Of a DNA stretch of 64,000 nucleotides, positions 13,301-25,400 are shown piece by piece (position 1 is the first letter of the stretch; the number at the start of each line of letters is the position of its first letter). The stretch is from the human T2T-CHM13v2.0 reference genome, Homo sapiens. A program made the translations under genes and the position numbers. The stretch lies in the NCBI RefSeq assembly GCF_009914755.1, contig NC_060947.1; one strand, written 5' to 3'. The notes below the pieces were generated by a model that ran no database searches, was not told the origin of the DNA, and saw only the letters and a list, made by a program, of their open reading frames with translations.

Positions 13301-16300
13301 AGATGATCCCGTTTCCAGTGAAACCTTCAAAGAGGTCCACATATGCCCTTGCAGATTCCAAAGAAAGAGGGTTTCAAAACTGCTCCATCAAAAGGATTGT
13401 TCAACTCTCTGAGTTGAATGCAGTCATCGCAGAAAACTTTCTGAGAATGCTTCTGTCTAGGTTTGATGTGAAGATATAGACGTTTCAAACGAAGGCTACA
13501 AAGTGGTCAAAATATACACTTGCAGATTCTACTACAAGGGTGATGCAAACCTGAACTATCAAAGGAAGGTTCAACTCTGTGAGTTGAATACAAACATCAC
13601 AAAGAATGTTCTGAGTTTGCTTCCGTTCAGTTATGGGAAGTTGATCCCGTTTCCAACGAAATCCTCAGAGAGGTCCAAATATCCCCTTGCAGATTCTACA
13701 AAACGTGTGTTTGGAAACTGCTCCATCATAACGAATGTTCAGCTCTCTGAGTTAAACTCCATCGTCACAAAGAATTTTCTGAGGGTGCTACCGTCTAGTT
13801 TTTATATGAAGTTCTTTCCTTTACTACCACAGGCCTCAAAGCGGTCCAAATCTCCACTTGCAGATTCTACAAAAAAGTGTTTGCAAACTGCTCTATCAAA
13901 AGGAATGTTCAACTCTGGGAGTTGAATGCAATCATCACAGAGCAGTTTCTGAGAATGCTTCTATGTCGTTTTTAGGAGAAGATATTTCCTTTTCCAACAC
14001 AGTCCTCCAAGCCCGCTAAATATCCACTTGCACATTGTAGAAAAAGTGTGTCGAAGCTGCGCTATCAAAGGGAAAGTTCAACTCTGTGAGGTGAATGCAA
14101 ACATCCCAAAGAAGTTTCTGAGAATGCTTCCGTTTAGCTTTTAGGTGAAGATTATCCCGTTTCCAACGAAATCTTCAAAGAGGTCCAAATATCCCCTTGC
14201 GGATCCCACAGAAAGAGTGTTTCGAAACTGCTGTTTCAAAAGGAATCTTCAACTCTGTGAGTTGAATGCAATCATCACAAAGAAGTTTCTGACAATGCTT
14301 CTCTCTCGTCTTTCTGTGAAGATAAAGGAAAAGGCTTTCAGGCCTTTTCCACCACAGGCCTGAAAGCGCTCCAAATGTCCACTTGCAGATTCTGCCAAAA
14401 GAATATTTCAAAACTGCTCTATGAAAAGCAATGTTAAACTCTGTGGCTCGAACACAAACATCACAAAGCAGTTTCTGAGAATGCTTCAGTTTAGTTTTTC
14501 TGTGGAAATATTCCCGTTTCGAAAGAAATCTTCAAAGAGGTCCACGCATCCACTTACAGATTCTACAAAAAGACAGTTTCAAAACTGCTCAATCAAAAGG
14601 AGGGTTCAACTGTGTGACTTGAATGCAATCATCACTCAGAAGTTTATGAGAACGCTTCTCTTTAGTTTTTACATGAACATATACCCGTTTCGAACGAAGG
14701 CCAGCCAGTGGTCCAAATATCCACTTGCAGATTCTACAGAAAGAGTGTTTCGAACCTGAACTCTCAAAGGCAGGTTCATCTCTGCGAGTTCAATGCATTC
14801 ATCATGAAGAACTTTCTCAGCGTGTTTGTGTTTAGTTATGGGAAATTATTCCCGTTTCCAACGAAAGCCTCAGAGAGCTCCAAATATCCACCTGCAGATT
14901 CTACCAAAAGTGTATTTGGAAACTGCTCCATCAAAAGGCATGTTCAGCTCTGTGAGTGAAACTCCATCATCACAAAGAATATTCTGAGAATGCTTCCGTT
15001 TGCCTTTTATATGAAGTTCCTTCCTATACTACCGTAGGCCTCAAAGCAGTCCAAATCTCCATTTGCAGATTCTACAAAAAGAGTGATTCCAATCTGCTCT
15101 ATCAACAGGATTGTTCAACTCCATGAGTTGAACGCCATCCTCACAAAGTCGTTTCTGAGAATGCTTCTATCTAGTTTTTATGTGAAGATATTTCCTTTTC
15201 CACCACAGGCCTCAAAGCCCTCCAAACGTCCACTTGCAGATTCTCGAAAAAGTGTGTTTCATAGCTGCTCTTTCAAAAGGAAAGTTCAACTCTGGGAGTT
15301 GAATACAAACATCACAAAGTAGTTTCCGAGAATGCTTCTGTTTAGTTCTTATGTGAAGATGATCCTGTTTCCAGTGAAACCTTCAAAGAGGTCCACATAT
15401 CCCCTTGCAGATTCCAAAGAAAGAGGGTTTCAAAACTGCTCCATCAAAAGGATTGTTCAACTCTGTGAGTTGAATGCAGTCATCGCAGAAAACTTTCTGA
15501 GAATGCTTCTGTCTAGGTTTGAGGTGAAGATATAGACGTTTCAAACGAAGGCTACAAAGTGTTCAAAATATACACTTGCAGATTCTACTACAAGGGTGAT
15601 GCAAACCTGAACTATCAAAGGAAGGTTCAACTCTGTGTGTTGAATACAAACATCACAAAGAATGTTCTGAGTTTGCTTCCGTTCAGTTATGGGAAGTTGA
15701 TCCCGTTTCCAACGAAATCCTCAGAGAGGTCCAAATATCCCCTTGCAGATTCTACAAAACTTGTGTTTGGAAACTGCTCCATCATAACGAACGTTCAGCT
15801 CTCTGAGTTAAACTCCATCGTCACAAAGAATTTTCTGAGAGTGCTACCGTCTAGTTTTTATATGAAGTTCTTTCCGTTACTACCACAGGCCTCAAAGCGG
15901 TCCAAATATCCACTTGCAGATTCTACAAAAAGAGTGTTTGCAAACTGCTCTATCAAAAGGAATGTTCAACTCTGGGAGTTGAATGCAATCATCACAGAGC
16001 AGTTTCTGAGAATGCTTCTATGTCGTTTTTAGGAGAAGATATTTCCTTTTCCAACACAGTCCTCCAAGCCCGCTAAATATCCACTTGCACATTGTAGAAA
16101 AAGTGTGTCGAAGCTGCGCTATCAAAGGGAAAGTTCAACTCTGTGAGGTGAATGCAAACATCCCAAAGAAGTTTCTGAGAATGCTTCCGTTTAGCTTTTA
16201 GGTGAAGATTATCCCGTTTCCAATGAAATCTTCAAAGAGGTCCAAATATCCCCTTGCGGATCCCACAGAAAGAGTGTTTCGAAACTGCTGTTTCAAAAGG

Positions 16301-19300
16301 AATCTTCAACTCTGTGAGTTGAATGCAATCATCACAAAGAAGTTTCTGACAATGCTTCTCTCTCGTCTTTCTGTGAAGATAAAGGAAAAGGCTTTCAGGC
16401 CTTTTCCACCACAGGCCTGAAAGCGCTCCAAATGTCCACTTGCAGATTCTGCCAAAAGAATATTTCAAAACTGCTCTATGAAAAGCAATGTTAAACTCTG
16501 TGGCTCGAACACAAACATCACAAAGCAGTTTCTGAGAATGCTTCAGTTTAGTTTTTCTGTGGAAATATTCCCGTTTCCAAAGAAATCTTCAAAGAGTTCC
16601 ACGCATCCACTTACAGATTCTACAAAATACAGTTTCAAAACTGCTCAATCAAAAGGAGGGTTCAACTGTGTGACTTGAATGCAATCATCACTCAGAAGTT
16701 TCTGAGAACGCTTCTCTTTAGTTTTTACGTGAACATATACCCGTTTCGAACGAAGGCCAGACAGTGGTCCAAATATCCACTTGCAGATTCTACAGAAAGA
16801 GTGTTTCGAACCTGAACTCTCAAAGGCAGGTTCATCTCTGCGAGTTCAATGCATTCATCATGAAGAACTTTCTCAGCGTGTTTGTGTTTATGTATGGGAA
16901 ATTATTCCCGTTTCCAACGAAATCCTCAGAGAGGTCCAAATATCCACCTGCAGATTCTACCAAAAGTGTATTTGGAAACTGCTCCATGAAAAGGCATGTT
17001 CAGCTCTGTGAGTGAAACTCCATCATCACAAAGAATATTCTGAGAATGCTTCCGTTTGCCTTTTATATGAAGTTCCTTCCTATACGACCGTAGGCCTCAA
17101 AGCAGTCCAAATCTCCATTTGCAGATTCTACAAAAAGAGTGATTCCAATCTGCTCTATCAATAGGATTGTTCAACTCCATGAGTTGAATGCCATCCTCCA
17201 AAGTCGTTTCTGAGAATGCTTCTATCTAGTTTTTATGTGAAGATATTTCCTTTTCCACCACAGGCCTCAAAGCCCTCCAAACGTCCACTTGCAGATTCTC
17301 GAAAAAGAGTGTTTCATAGCTGCTCTTTCAAAAGGAAAGTTCAACTCTGGGAGTTGAATACAAACATCACAAAGTAGTTTCCGAGAATGCCTCTGTTTAG
17401 TTCTTATGTGAAGATGATCCCGTTTCCAGTGAAATCTTCAAAGAGGTCCACATATCCCCTTGCAGATTCCAAAGAAAGAGGGTTTCAAAACTGCTCCATC
17501 AAAAGGATTGTTCAACTCTGTGAGTTGAATGCAGTCATCGCAGAAAACTTTCTGAGAATGCTTCTGTCTAGGTTTGAGGTGAAGATATAGACGTTTCAAA
17601 CGAAGGCTACAAAGTGGTCAAAATATACACTTGCAGATTCTACTACAAGGGTGATGCAAACCTGAACTATCAAAGGAAGGTTCAACTCTGTGAGTTGAAT
17701 ACAAACATCACAAAGAATGTTCTGAGTTTGCTTCCGTTCAGTTATGGGAAGTTGATCCCGTTTCCAACGAAATCCTCAGAGAGGTCCAAATATCCCCTTG
17801 CAGATTCTACAAAACGTGTGTTTGGAAACTGCTCCATCATAACGAATGTTCAGCTCTCTGAGTTAAACTCCATCGTCACAAAGAATTTTCTGAGAGTGCT
17901 ACCGTCTAGTTTTTATATGAAGTTCTTTCCTTTACTACCACAGGCCTCAAAGCGGTCCAAATCTCCACTTGCAGATTCTACAAAAAGAGTGTTTGCAAAC
18001 TGCTCTATCAAAAGGAATGTTCAACTCTGGGAGTTGAATGCAATCATCACAGAGCAGTTTCTGAGAATGCTTCTATGTCGTTTTTAGGAGAAGATATTTC
18101 CTTTTCCAACACAGTCCTCCAAGCCCGCTACATATCCACTTGCACATTGTAGAAAAAGTGTGTCGAAGCTGCGCTATCAAAGGGAAAGTTCAACTCTGTG
18201 AGGTGAATGCAAACATCCCAAAGAAGTTTCTGAGAATGCTTCCGTTTTGCTTTTAAGTGAAGATTATCCCGTTGGCAACGAAATCTTCAAAGAGGTCCAA
18301 ATATCCCCTTGCGGATCCCACAGAAAGAGTGTTTCGAAACTGCTGTTTCAAAAGGAATCTTCAACTCTGTGAGTTGAATGCAATCATCACAAAGAAGTTT
18401 CTGACAATGCTTCTCTCTCGTCTTTCTGTGAAGATAAAGGAAAAGGCTTTCAGGCCTTTTCCACCACAGGCCTGAAAGTGCTCCAAATGTCCACTTGCAG
18501 ATTCTGCCAAAAGAATATTTCAAAACTGCTCTATGAAAAGCAATGTTAAACTCTGTGGCTCGAACACAAACATCACAAAGCAGTTTCTGAGAATGCTTCA
18601 GTTTAGTTTTTCTGTGGAAATATTCCCGTTTCCAAAGAAATCTTCAAAGAGGTCCACACATCCACTTACAGATTCTACAAAAAGACAGTTTCAAAACTGC
18701 TCAATCAAAAGGAGGGTTCACCTGTGTGACTTGAATGCAATCATCACTCAGAAGTTTCTGAGAACGCTTCTCTTTAGTTTTTACGTGAACATATACCCGT
18801 TTCGAACGAAGGCCAGCCAGTGGTCCAAATATCCACTTGCAGATTCTACAGAAAGAGTGTTTCGAACCTGAACTCTCAAAGGCAGGTTCATCTCTGCGAG
18901 TTAAATGCATTCATCATGAAGAACTTTCTCAGCGTATTTGTGTTTAGGTATGGGAAATTATTCCCGTTTCCAACGAAATCCTCAGAGAGGTCCAAATATC
19001 CACCTGCAGATTCTACCAAAAGTGTATTTGGAAACTGCTCCATGAAAAGGCATGTGCAGCTCTGTGAGTGAAACTCCATCATCACAAAGAATATTCTGAG
19101 AATGCTTCCGTTTGCCTTTTATATGAAGTTCCTTCCTATACTACCGTAGGCCTCAAAGCAGTCCAAATCTCCATTTGCAGATTCTACAAAAAGAGTGATT
19201 CCAATCTGCTCTATCAATAGGATTGTTCAACTCCATGAGTTGAATGCCATCCTCACAAAGTCGTTTCTGAGAATGCTTCTATCTAGTTTTTATGTGAAGA

Positions 19301-19400
19301 TATTTCCTTTTCCACCACAGGCCTCAAAGCCCTCCAAACGTCCACTTGCAGATTCTCGAAAAAGAGTGTTTCATAGCTGCTCTTTCAAAAGGAAAGTTCA
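7345..19400. repeat. Tandem duplication of a 3-HOR block (period 6168 bp)
   Basis: Rare substitutions and three 1-bp deletions recur at +6168. ORF-track signatures: 7335/13503 (140 aa), 10310/16478 (66 aa), 10613/16781, 12720/18888. Confidence 0.88.
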
Positions 19401-22400
19401 ACTCTGGGAGTTGAATACAAACATCACAAAGTAGTTTCCGAGAATGCTTCTGTTTAGTTCTTATGTGAAGATGATCCCGTTTCCAGTGAAATCTTGAAAG
19501 AGGTCCACATATCCCCTTGCAGATTCCAAAGAAAGAGGGTTTCAAAACTGCTCCATCAAAAGGATTGTTCAACTCTGTGAGTTGAATGCAGTCATCGCAG
19601 AAAACTTTCTGAGAATGCTTCTGTCTAGGTTTGAGGTGAAGATATAGACGTTTCAAACGAAGGCTACAAAGTGGTCAAAATATACACTTGCAGATTCTAC
19701 TACAAGGGTGTTGCAAACCTCAACTATCAAAGGAAGGTTCAACTCTGTGAGTTGAATACAAACATCACAAAGAATGTTCTGAGTTTGCTTCCGTTCAGTT
19801 ATGGGAAGTTGATCCCGTTTCCAACGAAATCCTCAGAGAGGTCCAAATATCCCCTTGCAGATTCTACAAAACGTGTGTTTGGAAACTGCTCCATCATAAC
19901 GAATGTTCAGCTCTCTGAGTTAAACTCCATCGTCACAAAGAATTTTCTGAGAGTGCTACCGTCTAGTTTTTATATGAAGTTCTTTCCTTTACTACCACAG
20001 GCCTCAAAGCGGTCCAAATCTCCACTTGCAGATTCTACAAAAACAGTGTTTGCAAACTGCTCTATCAAAAGGAATGTTCAACTCTGGGAGTTGAATGCAA
20101 TCATCACAGAGCAGTTTCTGAGAATGCTTCTATGTCGTTTTTAGGAGAAGATATTTCCTTTTCCAACACAGTCCTCCAAGCCCGCTAAATATCCACTTGC
20201 ACATTGTAGAAAAAGTGTGTCGAAGCTGCGCTATCAAAGGGAAAGTTCAACTCTGTGAGGTGAATGCAAACATCCCAAAGAAGTTTCTGAGAATGCTTCC
20301 GTTTAGCTTTTAGGTGAAGATTATCCCGTTTCCAACGAAATCTTCAAAGAGGTCCAAATATCCCCTTGCGGATCCCACAGAAAGAGTGTTTCGAAACTGC
20401 TGTTTCAAAAGGAATCTTCAACTCTGTGAGTTGAATGCAATCATCACAAAGAAGTTTCTGACAATGCTTCTCTCTCGTCTTTCTGTGAAGATAAAGGAAA
20501 AGGCTTTCAGGCCTTTTCCACCACAGGCCTGAAAGCGCTCCAAATGTCCACTTGCAGATTCTGCCAAAAGAATATTTCAAAACTGCTCTATGAAAAGCAA
20601 TGTTAAACTCTGTGGCTCGAACACAAACATCACAAAGCAGTTTCTGAGAATGCTTCAGTTTAGTTTTTCTGTGGAAATATTCCCGTTTCGAAAGAAATCT
20701 TCAAAGAGGTCCACGCATCCACTTACAGATTCTACAAAAAGACAGTTTCAAAACTGCTCAATCAAAAGGAGGGTTCAACTGTGTGACTTGAATGCAATCA
20801 TCACTCAGAAGTTTATGAGAACGCTTCTCTTTAGTTTTTACATGAACATATACCCGTTTCGAACGAAGGCCAGCCAGTGGTCCAAATATCCACTTGCAGA
20901 TTCTACAGAAAGAGTGTTTCGAACCTGAACTCTCAAAGGCAGGTTCATCTCTGCGAGTTCAATGCATTCATCATGAAGAACTTTCTCAGCGTGTTTGTGT
21001 TTAGTTATGGGAAATTATTCCCGTTTCCAACGAAATCCTCAGAGAGCTCCAAATATCCACCTGCAGATTCTACCAAAAGTGTATTTGGAAATTGCTCCAT
21101 CAAAAGGCATGTTCAGCTCTGTGAGTGAAACTCCATCATCACAAAGAATATAATGAGAATGCTTCCGTTTGCCTTTTATATGAAGTTCCTTCCTATACTA
21201 CCGTAGGCCTCAAAGCAGTCCAAATCTCCATTTGCAGATTCTACAAAAAGAGTGATTCCAATCTGCTCTATCAATAGGATTGTTCAACTCCATGAGTTGA
21301 ATGCCATCCTCACAAAGTCGTTTCTGAGAATGCTTCTATCTAGTTTTTATGTGAAGATATTTCCTTTTCCACCACAGGCCTCAAAGCCCTCCAAACGTCC
21401 ACTTGCAGATTCTCGAAAAAGTGTGTTTCATAGCTGCTCTTTCAAAAGGAAATTTCAACTCTGGGAGTTGAATACAAACATCACAAAGTAGTTTCCGAGA
21501 ATGCTTCTGTTTAGTTCTTATGTGAAGATGATCCCGTTTCCAGTGAAACCTTCAAAGAAGTCCACATATCCCCTTGCAGATTCCAAAGAAAGAGGGTTTC
21601 AAAACTGCTCCATCAAAAGGATTGTTCAACTCTGTGAGTTGAATGCAGTCATCGCAGAAAACTTTCTGAGAATGCTTCTGTCTAGGTTTGATGTGAAGAT
21701 ATAGACGTTTCAAACGAACGCTACAAAGTGGTCAAAATATACACTTGCAGATTCTACTACAAGGGTGATGCAAACCTGAACTATCAAAGGAAGGTTCAAC
21801 TCTGTGAGTTGAATACAAACATCACAAAGAATGTTCTGAGTTTGCTTCCGTTCAGCTATGGGAAGTTGATCCCGTTTCCAACGAAATCCTCAGAGAGGTC
21901 CAAATATCCCCTTGCAGATTCTACAAAACCTGTGTTTGGAAACTGCTCCATCATAACGAATGTTCAGCTCTCTGAGTTAAACTCCATCGTCACAAAGAAT
22001 TTTCTGAGGGTGCTACCGTCTAGTTTTTATATGAAGTTCTTTCCTTTACTACCACAGGCCTCAAAGCGGTCCAAATCTCCACTTGCAGATTCTACAAAAA
22101 GAGTGTTTGCAAACTGCTCTATCAAAAGGAATGTTCAACTCTGGGAGTTGAATGCAATCATCACAGAGCAGTTTCTGAGAATGCTTCTATGTCGTTTTTA
22201 GGAGAAGATATTTCCTTTTCCAACACAGTCCTCCAAGCCCGCTAAATATCCACTTGCACATTGTAGAAAAAGTGTGTCGAAGCTGCGCTATCAAAGGGAA
22301 AGTTCAACTCTGTGAGGTGAATGCAAACATCCCAAAGAAGTTTCTGAGAATGCTTCCGTTTAGCTTTTAGGTGAAGATTATCCCGTTTCCAACGAAATCT

Positions 22401-25400
22401 TCAAAGAGGTCCAAATATCCCCTTGCGGATTTCACAGAAAGAGTGTTTCGAAACTGCTGTTTCAAAAGGAATCTTCAACTCTGTGAGTTGAATGCAATCA
22501 TCACAAAGAAGTTTCTGACAATGCTTCTCTCTCGTCTTTCTGTGAAGATAAAGGAAAAGGCTTTCAGGCCTTTTCCACCACAGGCCTGAAAGCGCTCCAA
22601 ATGTCCACTTGCAGATTCTGCCAAAAGAATATTTCAAAACTGCTCTATGAAAAGCAATGTTAAACTCTGTGGCTCGAACACAAACATCACAAAGCAGTTT
22701 CTGAGAATGCTTCAGTTTAGTTTTTCTGTGGAAATATTCCCGTTTCCAAAGAAATCTTCAAAGAGGTCCACGCATCCACTTACAGATTCTACAAAAAGAC
22801 AGTTTCAAAACTGCTCAATCAAAAGGAGGGTTCAACTGTGTGACTTGAATGCAATCATCACTCAGAAGTTTATGAGAACGCTTCTCTTTAGTTTTTACAT
22901 GAACATATACCCGTTTCGAACGAAGGCCAGCCAGTGGTCCAAATATCCACTTGCAGATTCTACAGAAAGAGTGTTTCGAACCTGAACTCTCAAAGGCAGG
23001 TTCATCTCTGCGAGTTCAATGCATTCATCATGAAGAACTTTCTCAGCGTGTTTGTGTTTAGTTATGGGAAATTATTCCCGTTTCCAACGAAATCCTCAGA
23101 GAGCTCCAAATATCCACCTGCAGATTCTACCAAAAGTGTATTTGGAAACTGCTCCATCAAAAGGCATCTTCAGCTCTGTGAGTGAAACTCCATCATCACA
23201 AAGAATATTCTGAGAATGCTTCCGTTTGCCTTTTATATGAAGTTCCTTCCTATACTACCGTAGGCCTCAAAGCAGTCCAAATCTCCATTTGCAGATTCTA
23301 CAAAAAGAGTGATTCCAATCTGCTCTATCAATAGGATTGTTCAACTCCATGAGTTGAATGCCATCCTCACAAAGTCGTTTGTGAGAATGCTTCTATCTAG
23401 TTTTTATGTGAAGATATTTCCTTTTCCACCACAGGCCTCAAAGCCCTCCAAACGTCCACTTGCAGATTCTCGAAAAAGTGTGTTTCATAGCTGCTCTTTC
23501 AAAAGGAAATTTCAACTCTCGGAGTTGAATACAAACATCACAAAGTAGTTTCCGAGAATGCTTCTGTTTAGTTCTTATGTGAAGATGATCCCGTTTCCAG
23601 TGAAACCTTCAAAGAGGTCCACATATCCCCTTGCAGATTCCAAAGAAAGAGGGTTTCAAAACTGCTCCATCAAAAGGATTGTTCAACTCTGTGAGTTGAA
23701 TGCAGTCATCGCAGAAAACTTTCTGAGAATGCTTCTGTCTAGGTTTGATGTGAAGATATAGACGTTTCAAACGAACGCTACAAAGTGGTCAAAATATACA
23801 CTTGCAGATTCTACTACAAGGGTGATGCAAACCTGAACTATCAAAGGAAGGTTCAACTCTGTGAGTTGAATACAAACATCACAAAGAATGTTCTGAGTTT
23901 GCTTCCGTTCAGTTATGGGAAGTTGATCCCGTTTCCAACGAAATCCTCAGAGAGGTCCAAATATCCCCTTGCAGATTCTACAAAACCTGTGTTTGGAAAC
24001 TGCTCCATCATAACGAATGTTCAGCTCTCTGAGTTAAACTCCATCGTCACAAAGAATTTTCTGAGGGTGCTACCGTCTAGTTTTTATATGAAGTTCTTTC
24101 CTTTACTACCACAGGCCTCAAAGCGGTCCAAATCTCCACTTGCAGATTCTACAAAAAGAGTGTTTGCAAACTGCTCTATCAAAAGGAATGTTCAACTCTG
24201 GGAGTTGAATGCAATCATCACAGAGCAGTTTCTGAGAATGCTTCTATGTCGTTTTTAGGAGAAGATATTTCCTTTTCCAACACAGTCCTCCAAGCCCGCT
24301 AAATATCCACTTGCACATTGTAGAAAAAGTGTGTCGAAGCTGCGCTATCAAAGGGAAAGTTCAACTCTGTGAGGTGAATGCAAACATCCCAAAGAAGTTT
24401 CTGAGAATGCTTCCGTTTAGCTTTTAGGTGAAGATTATCCCGTTTCCAACGAAATCTTCAAAGAGGTCCAAATATCCCCTTGCGGATCCCACAGAAAGAG
24501 TGTTTCGAAACTGCTGTTTCAAAAGGAATCTTCAACTCTGTGAGTTGAATGCAATCATCACAAAGAAGTTTCTGACAATGCTTCTCTCTCGTCTTTCTGT
24601 GAAGATAAAGGAAAAGGCTTTCAGGCCTTTTCCACCACAGGCCTGAAAGCGCTCCAAATGTCCACTTGCAGATTCTGCCAAAAGAATATTTCAAAACTGC
24701 TCTATGAAAAGCAATGTTAAACTCTGTGGCTCGAACACAAACATCACAAAGCAGTTTCTGAGAATGCTTCAGTTTAGTTTTTCTGTGGAAATATTCCCGT
24801 TTCCAAAGAAATCTTCAAAGAGGTCCACGCATCCACTTACAGATTCTACAAAAAGACAGTTTCAAAACTGCTCAATCAAAAGGAGGGTTCAACTGTGTGA
24901 CTTGAATGCAATCATCACTCAGAAGTTTATGAGAACGCTTCTCTTTAGTTTTTACATGAACATATACCCGTTTCGAACGAAGGCCAGCCAGTGGTCCAAA
25001 TATCCACTTGCAGATTCTACAGAAAGAGTGTTTCGAACCTGAACTCTCAAAGGCAGGTTCATCTCTGCGAGTTCAATGCATTCATCATGAAGAACTTTCT
25101 CAGCGTGTTTGTGTTTAGTTATGGGAAATTATTCCCGTTTCCAAAGAAATCCTCAGAGAGCTCCAAATATCCACCTGCAGATTCTACCAAAAGTGTATTT
25201 GGAAACTGCTCCATCAAAAGGCATGTTCAGCTCTGTGAGTGAAACTCCATCATCACAAAGAATATTCTGAGAATGCTTCCGTTTGCCTTTTATATGAAGT
25301 TCCTTCCTATACTACCGTAGGCCTCAAAGCAGTCCAAATCTCCATTTGCAGATTCTACAAAAAGAGTGATTCCAATCTGCTCTATCAATAGGATTGTTCA

